Below are positions 56,453 to 64,000 of a DNA stretch of 64,000 nucleotides, piece by piece; within the stretch, counting starts at the first letter, position 1; each line of letters opens with the position of its first letter. The notes under the pieces are model-generated. The model searched no databases and had not been told where the DNA came from. It saw nothing but the letters and a program-made list of their open reading frames with translations. A program made the translations under genes and the position numbers. Source of the DNA: Candidatus Omnitrophota bacterium (GTDB lineage Bacteria > Omnitrophota > Gorgyraeia > Gygaellales > Profunditerraquicolaceae); NCBI GenBank assembly GCA_043800555.1, contig JAZDMX010000021.1, positions 29,905 through 93,904 of the forward strand, read 5' to 3'.

Positions 56453-57487
56453 TTAGTTTTTCATTTCCACCCTTATGCGCGGCAAACTACCCGGGAAACG
56501 CTCCTGCAGGAATTCCAGGAGTTTTTCCCTGGTTTCGCAGCGCAAATCCCACAGGGTCGAAGAATTAGCTGCGCTCACCAACGCCCTTAACTCAACCGAC
56601 TTCTCGGTCATATTAGTGACCTGCAACAGGCCTACCTTCTTATCCCATAAGGGGCTAGAGTCCAGGATACGGGCTAATTCGCCGCGGACATCCTTTAATG
56701 GAATACTATAATCCACATAAATATAAACAGTCCCGAGTAAATCCGCGGATACACGGGTCCAGTTTTGGAAAGGTTTCTCGAGGAAATACGATATGGGGAC
56801 TATCAGGCGCCGGAGGTCCCAAATACGCACCACCGCATAAGTAAGCGTAATTTCCTCAACCCAGCCCCATTCATTTTCCACGATAACTACGTCATCCAGG
56901 CGGATCGGCTGAGCAATGGCTATCTGGATACCGGCAATAAGGTTTCCCAGCGTCCTTTGCGCGGCAAAACCTATCACTATGCCGATTATCCCTGCCGAAG
57001 CCAATATGCTTACGCCTATATGCCTGACTTCCGGAAAAGTCATCAGTATAAAAGAGAAGGTTAATAAAACTATGGCCACATTTATAATGTTTGTGATCAC
57101 GCGCAGTTGCGTGTGCATACCGCGGGCACGCATGTTATCCCGGCTTTCGATATCATAACGGCTTAAGATGACATCGCGGACAATGCGGATAATCTTTACG
57201 CTCACCCAGCCAAATAAGGCAATAAGCGAAATATTAACAAAATGGCTGATAAAAAGGCGTTCTTTCTCGGTTATGCGTAAGTAATTAATGGCCGCTGCGA
57301 TTCCCAGAAACGGAAACAAGAAACGCAACGGATTGTTAAGAAGCATCCAACTGCCCCTAAGCTCCTTTAACGGCACGGCACGGTTCCACTGCTTAAACAA
57401 CGCCGCTAAAAGTAAATAAACCACCCAGCCGGCGATAGAAGCCGAAACTATTAAAATACCGGAATATAAATAATTATTCATAACCAA
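56453..57487 (-). CDS. mscS: Small-conductance mechanosensitive channel family protein
   Basis: GFAAQRTLGNLIAG, PIRLDD and VEEITLTY...PFQNW motifs. Confidence 0.93.
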   Translation of the reverse strand: MVMNNYLYSGILIVSASIAGWVVYLLLAALFKQWNRAVPLKELRGSWMLLNNPLRFLFPFLGIAAAINYLRITEKERLFISHFVNISLIALFGWVSVKIIRIVRDVILSRYDIESRDNMRARGMHTQLRVITNIINVAIVLLTFSFILMTFPEVRHIGVSILASAGIIGIVIGFAAQRTLGNLIAGIQIAIAQPIRLDDVVIVENEWGWVEEITLTYAVVRIWDLRRLIVPISYFLEKPFQNWTRVSADLLGTVYIYVDYSIPLKDVRGELARILDSSPLWDKKVGLLQVTNMTEKSVELRALVSAANSSTLWDLRCETREKLLEFLQERFPGSLPRIRVEMKN

Positions 57488-57707
57488 TCCTCCTGCGGAT
57501 TTAAAGGCCCGCGGCCCTGCGTATTTGTTGGTATTTTATTATACACCGCTTGCGAAATTATTGCAACTTCTTCGAAAGAATCCTGCCTGGAAGGTAAAAA
57601 TGCCCATTTTCAAGAAAGCCCAAACGGTTTTCGATGCGCCTGCCTTGCGTATTCTTCCGGATATAAGCCGCTTAGCCCCATGCTTCTGGCCAAAGACCTT
57701 GAACAAC

Positions 57708-58904
57708 TTAAGGAATATCTTTAGGCTGGAATTTAGCGCCGTCAATATATAGACCAACCGCCATCAATATGGAAGTAGCGCAGATAACAAAGAAAAGCAC
57801 TCCCCGGCTGATAAAAGGAATAACTGATTCTGCCGGTATGGCGTAAAACAATAGGATGCTTACCAACCCTTTCGGGGCGACAAAAAACTCCGGAAGAAGA
57901 TTAAACTTGGCAAAGAACTTTAGATAAAAAAACCTGACCACGGTAAGAAGCATAACTACCAAAGAACCGATTAAAAACACCTCCCTGCTTAAAACTACGG
58001 GTAAATCAATGGAATAGCCGAATATGACAAAGAAAAACGTCCTGATGACAAACGAAGATTCGGAGACAACCAGTTTGAATTGGATAAGCTCATTTCTTAT
58101 TTCATTGGACCTGGCAACCGTAAACTTTCTCTTAAAGATATTATCGAGATTATTTACAAGAATCCCGAAAACAAAAATTAGAAGCAAGGTAGATAAATGC
58201 AGCATCTTACCGAAGGAATAAATAAGCAGCATAATTGACAAAATGATGAAAATCTTAACATGGCCCTTAATCCTGGTTGCCAAGAAAATCAGAAACGCCG
58301 CGGCGCCCAAAGAAAGAACGATGGTTAATACCATTGTCGTAAAAAAACCGAAAATAGAGCCGACGGTCAGAAGGCTATGCTGAATCAGAAAATTAAAGGC
58401 TAAAATCCCCAATATATCCGAAAGCGTTGACTCATAGATAAGAAACTCTTTCTTCTTGCTTGATAAATGGACAACGCTTGGAATCACGATAGCGCTGCTC
58501 ACTACTGCCAGCGGAATGGAATTTATTAAAGACGTTCTCCAGCCTACGCTAAACCAGAAATTAAAAAGCGCCGCAATAGAACCCGCCCCCAATACAAGCA
58601 TCAAAAAGGCTACTTCAAAAGATTTCCGCACATTCCCCAGGCTCGAAACCCTGATTTTGATATCCAGCGCTGCTTCCAGAACAATCAAAATTAACCCCAC
58701 GATACCAAATAATTCAAGGTAGGGCCTGATATTGCTAACCCTAAAATTAAAATAATCCCCCGTGTAGTGCAATAAGACCCCGCAACCCAGAAGGAGCAAA
58801 ACAGACGGCACCCTCCAATGGCTGGCGAGCAAATTAAAACAATAAGACAAGATGACGATGAAGCTTAAGAAAATTAAAATCGAATGGCTATCTATTATGT
58901 TCAT
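57708..58904 (-). CDS. Cation:proton antiporter (CPA family)
   Basis: About 12 TMs; SSAIVIPS, YESTLSDILG and APKGLVSILL motifs. Confidence 0.85.
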   Translation of the reverse strand: MNIIDSHSILIFLSFIVILSYCFNLLASHWRVPSVLLLLGCGVLLHYTGDYFNFRVSNIRPYLELFGIVGLILIVLEAALDIKIRVSSLGNVRKSFEVAFLMLVLGAGSIAALFNFWFSVGWRTSLINSIPLAVVSSAIVIPSVVHLSSKKKEFLIYESTLSDILGILAFNFLIQHSLLTVGSIFGFFTTMVLTIVLSLGAAAFLIFLATRIKGHVKIFIILSIMLLIYSFGKMLHLSTLLLIFVFGILVNNLDNIFKRKFTVARSNEIRNELIQFKLVVSESSFVIRTFFFVIFGYSIDLPVVLSREVFLIGSLVVMLLTVVRFFYLKFFAKFNLLPEFFVAPKGLVSILLFYAIPAESVIPFISRGVLFFVICATSILMAVGLYIDGAKFQPKDIP

Positions 58905-59147
58905 TGGGTATGTCCTTTTCTATGCGGATAGAAGGCATTTTAACAAAATATCCGGCCGTATGAACATTCCGCATATTATTCGCGCTTAAAGATATGGCCC
59001 TACGAATCAAACGCTCTGCTTAAAGCACGGCTAACAAAAAAGGCCCCTGTCTTTTAACAAAGAGCGGCCATTTTTGCGCCAAAAGGCGTATACTTGATCA
59101 ACGCATCTCTCTATTTGATTATGCTGCTTCGGCAAGATAGAAGAATT

Positions 59148-60107
59148 TTATTTCAAGAATTCCATGGATTTTAGATATTTATAATAGTCGCTGTCGGTTG
59201 TCAAAATCACCGTAGATTTTGCATCAATGGTATCCTTATAACTCTCCAGCGTCCTCATAAAAGAATAAAAGTCGGGATTCTGGCTGTATGCGGCAGCGTA
59301 TATATTGATCGCCTCGGCGTCAGCCTTACCGCTAATAATCTGCGCCTGGCGGTAAGCCTCCGAAGTGATGCCTTTTAATTCTTTGGCCACCTGCCCTTCT
59401 ATCTCGGCGGATTTCCCCTGGCCTTCAGAACGGTATTTCTCCGCAGCGCGCTTTCTTTCGGCAATCATACGGTCATAAACTTTATTTCGCACATCTTCCA
59501 CATAATTCACGCGTTTAATACGCACATCAACGATTTCAATGCCATACTGAGGGGCAAGGACTTTTGCCTTCTCTAAAATAGCAGCCTCCAGCATTTTCCT
59601 GCCTACCTCAATGTGCTCCAACGCCTCATCCGTAACAATCATGTCCTCACCTTCTACCCGCGACTCCAGAATGCGGTTAGAATCCCTCACTGCTTCAACC
59701 AACAGATGGCTGGTAACTATATCCCTGGTAGCGGAATTTATAATATCATCAAGCCTGCCCTGAGCGCTCATTTCATTGCCTACAGACTGCAGGAATTTCA
59801 AAGCGTCAACGATCCTCCAACGGGCAGTAGTATCCACCCAGATATATTTCTTATCTCTTGTAGGTATCTGGTTTGGCTCTCCGTCCCAATCCAATAGCCT
59901 TTTCTCAAAATAATGCGCCTCCTGGATTAACGGCTGTTTAAAATGCAGGCCCGCCGAAGTAATAGGGGCGCCCACGGGCTTTCCGAATTGCGTAATAACC
60001 ACCTGTTTTCCTTCCTGGATTACATATATCGCACCGATGGCAAAGACTAAAATTACAACAGCGGATAATACCGCGAGAATAATAATAACCAAACGCAACG
60101 CCCTCAT
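59148..60107 (-). CDS. hflC: FtsH modulator HflC
   Basis: TQFGKP, GIEIVDVRIKR, RMIAER and FYSFMRTLESY motifs. Confidence 0.95.
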   Translation of the reverse strand: MRALRLVIIILAVLSAVVILVFAIGAIYVIQEGKQVVITQFGKPVGAPITSAGLHFKQPLIQEAHYFEKRLLDWDGEPNQIPTRDKKYIWVDTTARWRIVDALKFLQSVGNEMSAQGRLDDIINSATRDIVTSHLLVEAVRDSNRILESRVEGEDMIVTDEALEHIEVGRKMLEAAILEKAKVLAPQYGIEIVDVRIKRVNYVEDVRNKVYDRMIAERKRAAEKYRSEGQGKSAEIEGQVAKELKGITSEAYRQAQIISGKADAEAINIYAAAYSQNPDFYSFMRTLESYKDTIDAKSTVILTTDSDYYKYLKSMEFLK

Positions 60108-60109
60108 TA

Positions 60110-61105
60110 TTACTGCCCTCCTTTTTTGTTAATATCCAAAAGAGGCAGGATCGATTTCTGCTGCGAATCGATTATATATTTCTCTTTTGCGTTGGGAAGC
60201 ACCTGTGTCAAAGCCTCTAGATAAAGCCTCTTTCTGGTTATATCCGGCGCTTTTTTATATTCATCTAAAGTAGCCAGAAACCTGGCTGATTCTCCCTTAG
60301 CGCGGTTTATCTTATCCATAGCATAGCCTTCGGATTCGCGAATAGTCTTTTCTGCCGTACCTTTAGCCTTGGGTATGGCTTTATTATATTCCTCCCAGGC
60401 CTGGTTAATCATTTTCTCTTTTTCCTGCTTGGCTTCGTTTACTTCATTAAACGCCGGCTTTACCTTTTCCGGAGGATTGACATCCAACAATTTAACCGTG
60501 ACTATCTGCACTCCGACATTATAAATATCGAGTATGCGTTGAATCTCCTGCTGCGCCAAATCATCTATCTCCTCCCTTTTGGTAGTAAGGACCTCATCTA
60601 CCGAATAATCCCCGACAAACCTGCGCATAACCACCTCGGAAATATCGTGAATATTGTCTTGCGGGTGGCGTGTAGCAAAAAGCAAGCTTACCGGGTCTTT
60701 TATTTTAAACTGCACTATCCAGCGCACATCCAGTATATTCAAGTCTCCGGTAAGCATCAGGGACTCATCCAGGTAATTACCCGAAGAGTATCTTGTCCTC
60801 ACTCCCGGCTCTACGGTCTTAAACCCATACTCCTCCTTAAAGACCTTTTCTACTTTAATCGGCGTCACCTTGTCTATCCCAAATGGTATCTTTGCATGCA
60901 GCCCGGGAGAACTTAAACCGGTAAATTTGCCAAACCTCTGGATTACCCCTACCTCATCCGGGCCGATTGAATAAATTAAGCTTCTTAAGCCCGATAAAGC
61001 CAGTAAAAGCACAACTACCGCGGGAGCCCACTTAAAAAACTCCGCAAATTTCTTCCTGCCTACGTCAATTATTTCATCCGGGCTAGGTACATTCTGCCAA
61101 TCCAT
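60110..61105 (-). CDS. hflK: FtsH modulator HflK
   Basis: MLTGDLN, PPEKVKPAFNEV and APDITRKRLYLE motifs. Confidence 0.95.
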   Translation of the reverse strand: MDWQNVPSPDEIIDVGRKKFAEFFKWAPAVVVLLLALSGLRSLIYSIGPDEVGVIQRFGKFTGLSSPGLHAKIPFGIDKVTPIKVEKVFKEEYGFKTVEPGVRTRYSSGNYLDESLMLTGDLNILDVRWIVQFKIKDPVSLLFATRHPQDNIHDISEVVMRRFVGDYSVDEVLTTKREEIDDLAQQEIQRILDIYNVGVQIVTVKLLDVNPPEKVKPAFNEVNEAKQEKEKMINQAWEEYNKAIPKAKGTAEKTIRESEGYAMDKINRAKGESARFLATLDEYKKAPDITRKRLYLEALTQVLPNAKEKYIIDSQQKSILPLLDINKKGGQ

Positions 61106-61438
61106 ATATCCGCCTTTCTTCCTTATAAGTTAATAATAAACAAGAAGGCCGCTTTCTACGTTCGTAGATGGCGGCCCGACCATCAATGTTACCTTCAGAA
61201 ATTAAAATTATTCTGAACCCAAAAATATTTTATTTTCCTCTTATTCTTATAGTAGTGAATTTTATCTTCTTGTCAAGCATAATCGGGAATTTGTGCATCC
61301 GGGCCTTAAAACCCCGCCTGTTTTCCCAAGCTCAATCCGGGGATAAAAACAAATAGGGACCCCGGCCTACCGGCTAAAGCCCCGGGTTTCTGGCCTAAGA
61401 GAGTTGCAGTCAGCATACACGCCTAACCGTTTGTCTCT

Positions 61439-61473
61439 AAAAAAAGGGCTATGGCTTTTAATCGCCATAGCCC
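61439..61473 (-). terminator. Intrinsic terminator
   Basis: GGGCTATGGC/GCCATAGCCC stem followed by T7 on the minus strand. Confidence 0.8.
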
Positions 61474-61501
61474 GCGTGTTGCGGTTAAAGCCGAAGGCTT
61501 A

Positions 61502-62050
61502 TTATTTCGCCTGGCTTGTTTCCTGCGGAAGTTTTGATTCGGCAGTTTTTTGCGCCGGCTCCTGAACTGTTTGCTTGGCCGGTTCCGGCACGCTTTGCCT
61601 TAGCTGCTGGCTATCCTGCGTTTCTTCTGTTTGCCGGGCCTGCGGTTCCTCTTGCTTAGGAGCAACCTCTAAAAGAAAATTCCTGCCCCAACCGATAAGT
61701 TTATCGTCTTCAAAAACAAGGGGCGTTAAACCACTCTCTTCAACTGCGCAATTATTATTGTTTAAGCCGGTGACGTAATATATTACTTCCAGCCTTCTGC
61801 CGGAGGCTTCAATCATTTCTGTGCGGTAAGGGTCATTTATCGTTACCTTCAAAGGAGACTTTGAAACAGCCTGGTCACATTTATAAACACTTATCCCGGA
61901 ACCCATGATAGCCAAAACCCTGGGCTTACTCATGCCGCGCGAAAGATGCACTAAACTCATCCTGTTATTTGCGGTCAACCGGGAAACCGTCATTGTCGCG
62001 CACCCGCTTAACAATACCGCCAGGACCAACAAAAATACTGGTTTTCTCAT
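61502..62050 (-). CDS. DUF3192-like lipoprotein
   Basis: Lipobox LSGC from ATG 62050; L.RGMSK..V..IMG and TPLVFEDDKLIGWG motifs. Confidence 0.8.
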   Translation of the reverse strand: MRKPVFLLVLAVLLSGCATMTVSRLTANNRMSLVHLSRGMSKPRVLAIMGSGISVYKCDQAVSKSPLKVTINDPYRTEMIEASGRRLEVIYYVTGLNNNNCAVEESGLTPLVFEDDKLIGWGRNFLLEVAPKQEEPQARQTEETQDSQQLRQSVPEPAKQTVQEPAQKTAESKLPQETSQAK

Positions 62051-62069
62051 GGCCTCTCCTTTCTTTTCT

Positions 62070-62648
62070 TTAGTAATTTTCCGCCAAAACTTCATAAAAT
62101 GCTTGTGGATGCTTGCAGGCCGGGCATTCTTTCGGCGCATCAACCCCCTCGATTACATAACCACAGTTAATACAATGCCATTTTACCGCGGATTTCTTTT
62201 TGAAGACTTCCGGGCTTGCGATATTGTTAATCAATTTACGGTAGCGCGCTTCATGGAACTTTTCCACCTTTGCTATCTGCTCAAAAGAACGGCTGACATC
62301 AAAAAACCCCTCATCTTTGGCAACCTTGCCAAAATCCTGATAAAGCACCGTCCACTCCATATTCTCCCCTGCCGCTGCTTCTTCAAGGTTGGTTTTTGTA
62401 TCCTTAATTACCCCCGCAGGATAAATCGCGGTCAGTTCCACGTCTCCGCCTTCAAGGTATTTAAAGAATACCTTGGCGTGCTCCTTCTCGTTTTCGGCTG
62501 TTTCGATGAATATATTTGCAATCTGCTCGAAACCTTCTTTTCTTGCCACGCTGGAAAAGTAGGTATAACGGTTACGCGCCTGGGACTCTCCGGCAAAAGC
62601 CTTCAACAAATTTTGTTCTGTCTTTGTGCCCTTAATTGATTTACTCAT
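62070..62648 (-). CDS. rbr: Rubrerythrin
   Basis: AFAGESQARNRY, EKEHA, EKFHE and C-terminal CxxC...CPAC. Confidence 0.97.
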   Translation of the reverse strand: MSKSIKGTKTEQNLLKAFAGESQARNRYTYFSSVARKEGFEQIANIFIETAENEKEHAKVFFKYLEGGDVELTAIYPAGVIKDTKTNLEEAAAGENMEWTVLYQDFGKVAKDEGFFDVSRSFEQIAKVEKFHEARYRKLINNIASPEVFKKKSAVKWHCINCGYVIEGVDAPKECPACKHPQAFYEVLAENY

Positions 62649-62655
62649 TTTTTAT

Positions 62656-62787
62656 TTACTCCTGGTCTTCGATTTTCTCCATAGGTTCTTTGCAACAAAC
62701 AAGCTCTCCTCCGCCGGCTTTAGTTACCGTAACTTCGTTACCGCAGACATTACATCTGTATTTCTCTCCCGCGTTCTTAACTGCCAT
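62656..62787 (-). CDS. Desulforedoxin (stand-alone FeCys4 domain, 43 aa)
   Basis: Manual translation MAVKNAGEKYRCNVCGNEVTVTKAGGGELVCCKEPMEKIEDQE; GGAGG RBS. Not in the ORF track. Confidence 0.92.
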   Translation of the reverse strand: MAVKNAGEKYRCNVCGNEVTVTKAGGGELVCCKEPMEKIEDQE

Positions 62788-62891
62788 ATTAACCTCCGGG
62801 TTCATTCCTTAAAACACTGGCCTTCCGCATAAACCGAGGAAAACTTTTTCCGTATTTATTACCCTGATTATATACGCAATGCTTCATTATA

Positions 62892-64000
62892 TCAAGCACA
62901 TTCCTGGTTCGAGTGCGGAAATTTCTTTGCATTGGATGGGCCCTTGATAAAAAATGGGGCCAGGCTAAAAAGTATTGTCCCTGCGGCCACCAGGAGCACG
63001 TATTGCGCAGGGTTACCCACCGGAAGCTGCGACGGCGGGAAAAAAGCGACAATAAAAGAAAAGAGCACTCCACCTATCCCTACCACTGCCGCCAGCCACA
63101 TCCCGGGCATTCCTCCGGGGACGCAAAATATACGTTTCATATCCGGGCGCTTATAGCGCAAACGAATACCGGCAGCATACATCAATGCATACATAATTAA
63201 ATACAAGGTAATGGTCATAGCGCCAATCAGGAAAAAGGCCACGCTGACATTTTTAGTAATAAAGTAGACGCCGGAAAGCAGGGTAACGATAACTGCCTGC
63301 ACTAAAAGAATATTGGCTTGAACCCCCTGCGCGTTCGTCTTGGCCCAAAAGACAGGCAATAGGCCGTCCTGGGCAGTTTTCAGGAGACCGCGGCTGGGGC
63401 CGATAATCCAGGAAGTTACGCTAGCCAAGGCCCCAAACATCACCAAAACACCCACTAATGCAACAGCCCAAGGCATATTTATCCGGTTAAATACCGTTTG
63501 AAACGCCTGCAGGAGCCCTGACTCAACATTAATATCGTTATACGGCATAATCGCAGATATAGCAAAGGCGCCTAATGTAAAAAGGACGAATACGATTATA
63601 GACGTAAGAAATAAAGCCAAGGGATACTGCGCCTGCGGCCGGGCCATCTTATTGGCGTGGACAGCGTGCACCTCTACTCCGGCAAAAAGCAGGAGCACCC
63701 CGGAAAGAAAGGCGATATCGCTTAATCCTCTTATGTGCGGGAATAGGCGCGGGTGCACATGATTATTGATTACCGTATCCACCGCGCCCTGCGCTGCCGG
63801 CAGATGTTGAAACCCTATCGGATTACCCTGCATCATCCAGATAACCGCCAATAGCAACAAGACCAGCGCCGGCAAGATCGATCCTGCTACAAATCCGTAG
63901 CTGGTAATACGCTCAATCAGGTTTCCGCCGCGTAAGGACACCCAGGTCGCCAGCCAATAAAAAACAATGCAGAATAACCCCGTGTAGATTCCGCTATTTG
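62892..64000 (-). CDS. APC amino acid permease, GadC-like (5' end outside the window)
   Basis: FAGVEVHAVH, SWIIGPSRGL and FFPPSQL motifs; frame open to the window edge. Confidence 0.88.
   Translation of the reverse strand, partial: NSGIYTGLFCIVFYWLATWVSLRGGNLIERITSYGFVAGSILPALVLLLLAVIWMMQGNPIGFQHLPAAQGAVDTVINNHVHPRLFPHIRGLSDIAFLSGVLLLFAGVEVHAVHANKMARPQAQYPLALFLTSIIVFVLFTLGAFAISAIMPYNDINVESGLLQAFQTVFNRINMPWAVALVGVLVMFGALASVTSWIIGPSRGLLKTAQDGLLPVFWAKTNAQGVQANILLVQAVIVTLLSGVYFITKNVSVAFFLIGAMTITLYLIMYALMYAAGIRLRYKRPDMKRIFCVPGGMPGMWLAAVVGIGGVLFSFIVAFFPPSQLPVGNPAQYVLLVAAGTILFSLAPFFIKGPSNAKKFPHSNQECA

Noticed and set aside
58905-58980. Possible riboswitch upstream of the cation:proton antiporter
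   Set aside because: Short alternative pairings exist (TATGCGGA/TCCGCATA), but I recognised no aptamer consensus and a likely extended -10 lies inside the region
684-63200. Numerous plus-strand ORFs in the track (e.g. 3409-4005, 31965-32540, 42462-43025, 61905-62639)
   Set aside because: They are antisense shadows of well-supported minus-strand genes and show no recognisable motifs
1-64000. Prophage, integron, IS element, rRNA or tRNA
   Set aside because: No integrase, transposase, phage structural gene or structural-RNA signature recognised; the strong minus-strand bias is compatible with ordinary leading-strand gene orientation

Overview
A 64-kb stretch of core-type bacterial chromosome, about 45% GC by eye, with all but two credible genes on the minus strand. 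The diderm, anaerobe-like gene content (TolC/RND systems, porin, superoxide reductase, rubrerythrin, desulforedoxin, His-type Thi4) resembles Omnitrophota or similar lineages; this taxonomy is an inference. Left to right the window holds: glgC (partial), marC, a BT1-family MFS transporter, secG-tpiA-pgk; pit/DUF47, a P-type ATPase and pabB; MacAB-TolC and AcrAB-OprM efflux operons; a Cys-rich pair next to a TPP-riboswitch-controlled thi4; a complete Pho locus whose pstB has one in-frame TAG; a redox cluster; a YbhGFSR-like ABC efflux operon; lipid-modification-like genes; RNA/ribosome-rescue genes; mscS, a cation:proton antiporter, hflKC, rubrerythrin/desulforedoxin and a partial GadC-like permease. 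I saw no rRNA, tRNA, CRISPR array, integrase or transposase. The most unusual signals are: (1) a winged-helix DNA-binding domain fused in frame ahead of the signal segment of a TolC, with a matching operator-like motif in its own promoter and in a perfect 48-bp palindrome about 840 bp away; (2) a CruR/DUF2946-like 'IFHPP' leader followed by a secreted 15-Cys metallothionein-like peptide; (3) five copies of a REP-like palindrome with conserved arms and a variable 14-16 nt spacer; (4) two identically built 4x11-bp Pho-box promoters, each followed by an unannotated small ORF; (5) the amber codon in pstB and the missing ATG of the BT1 transporter.
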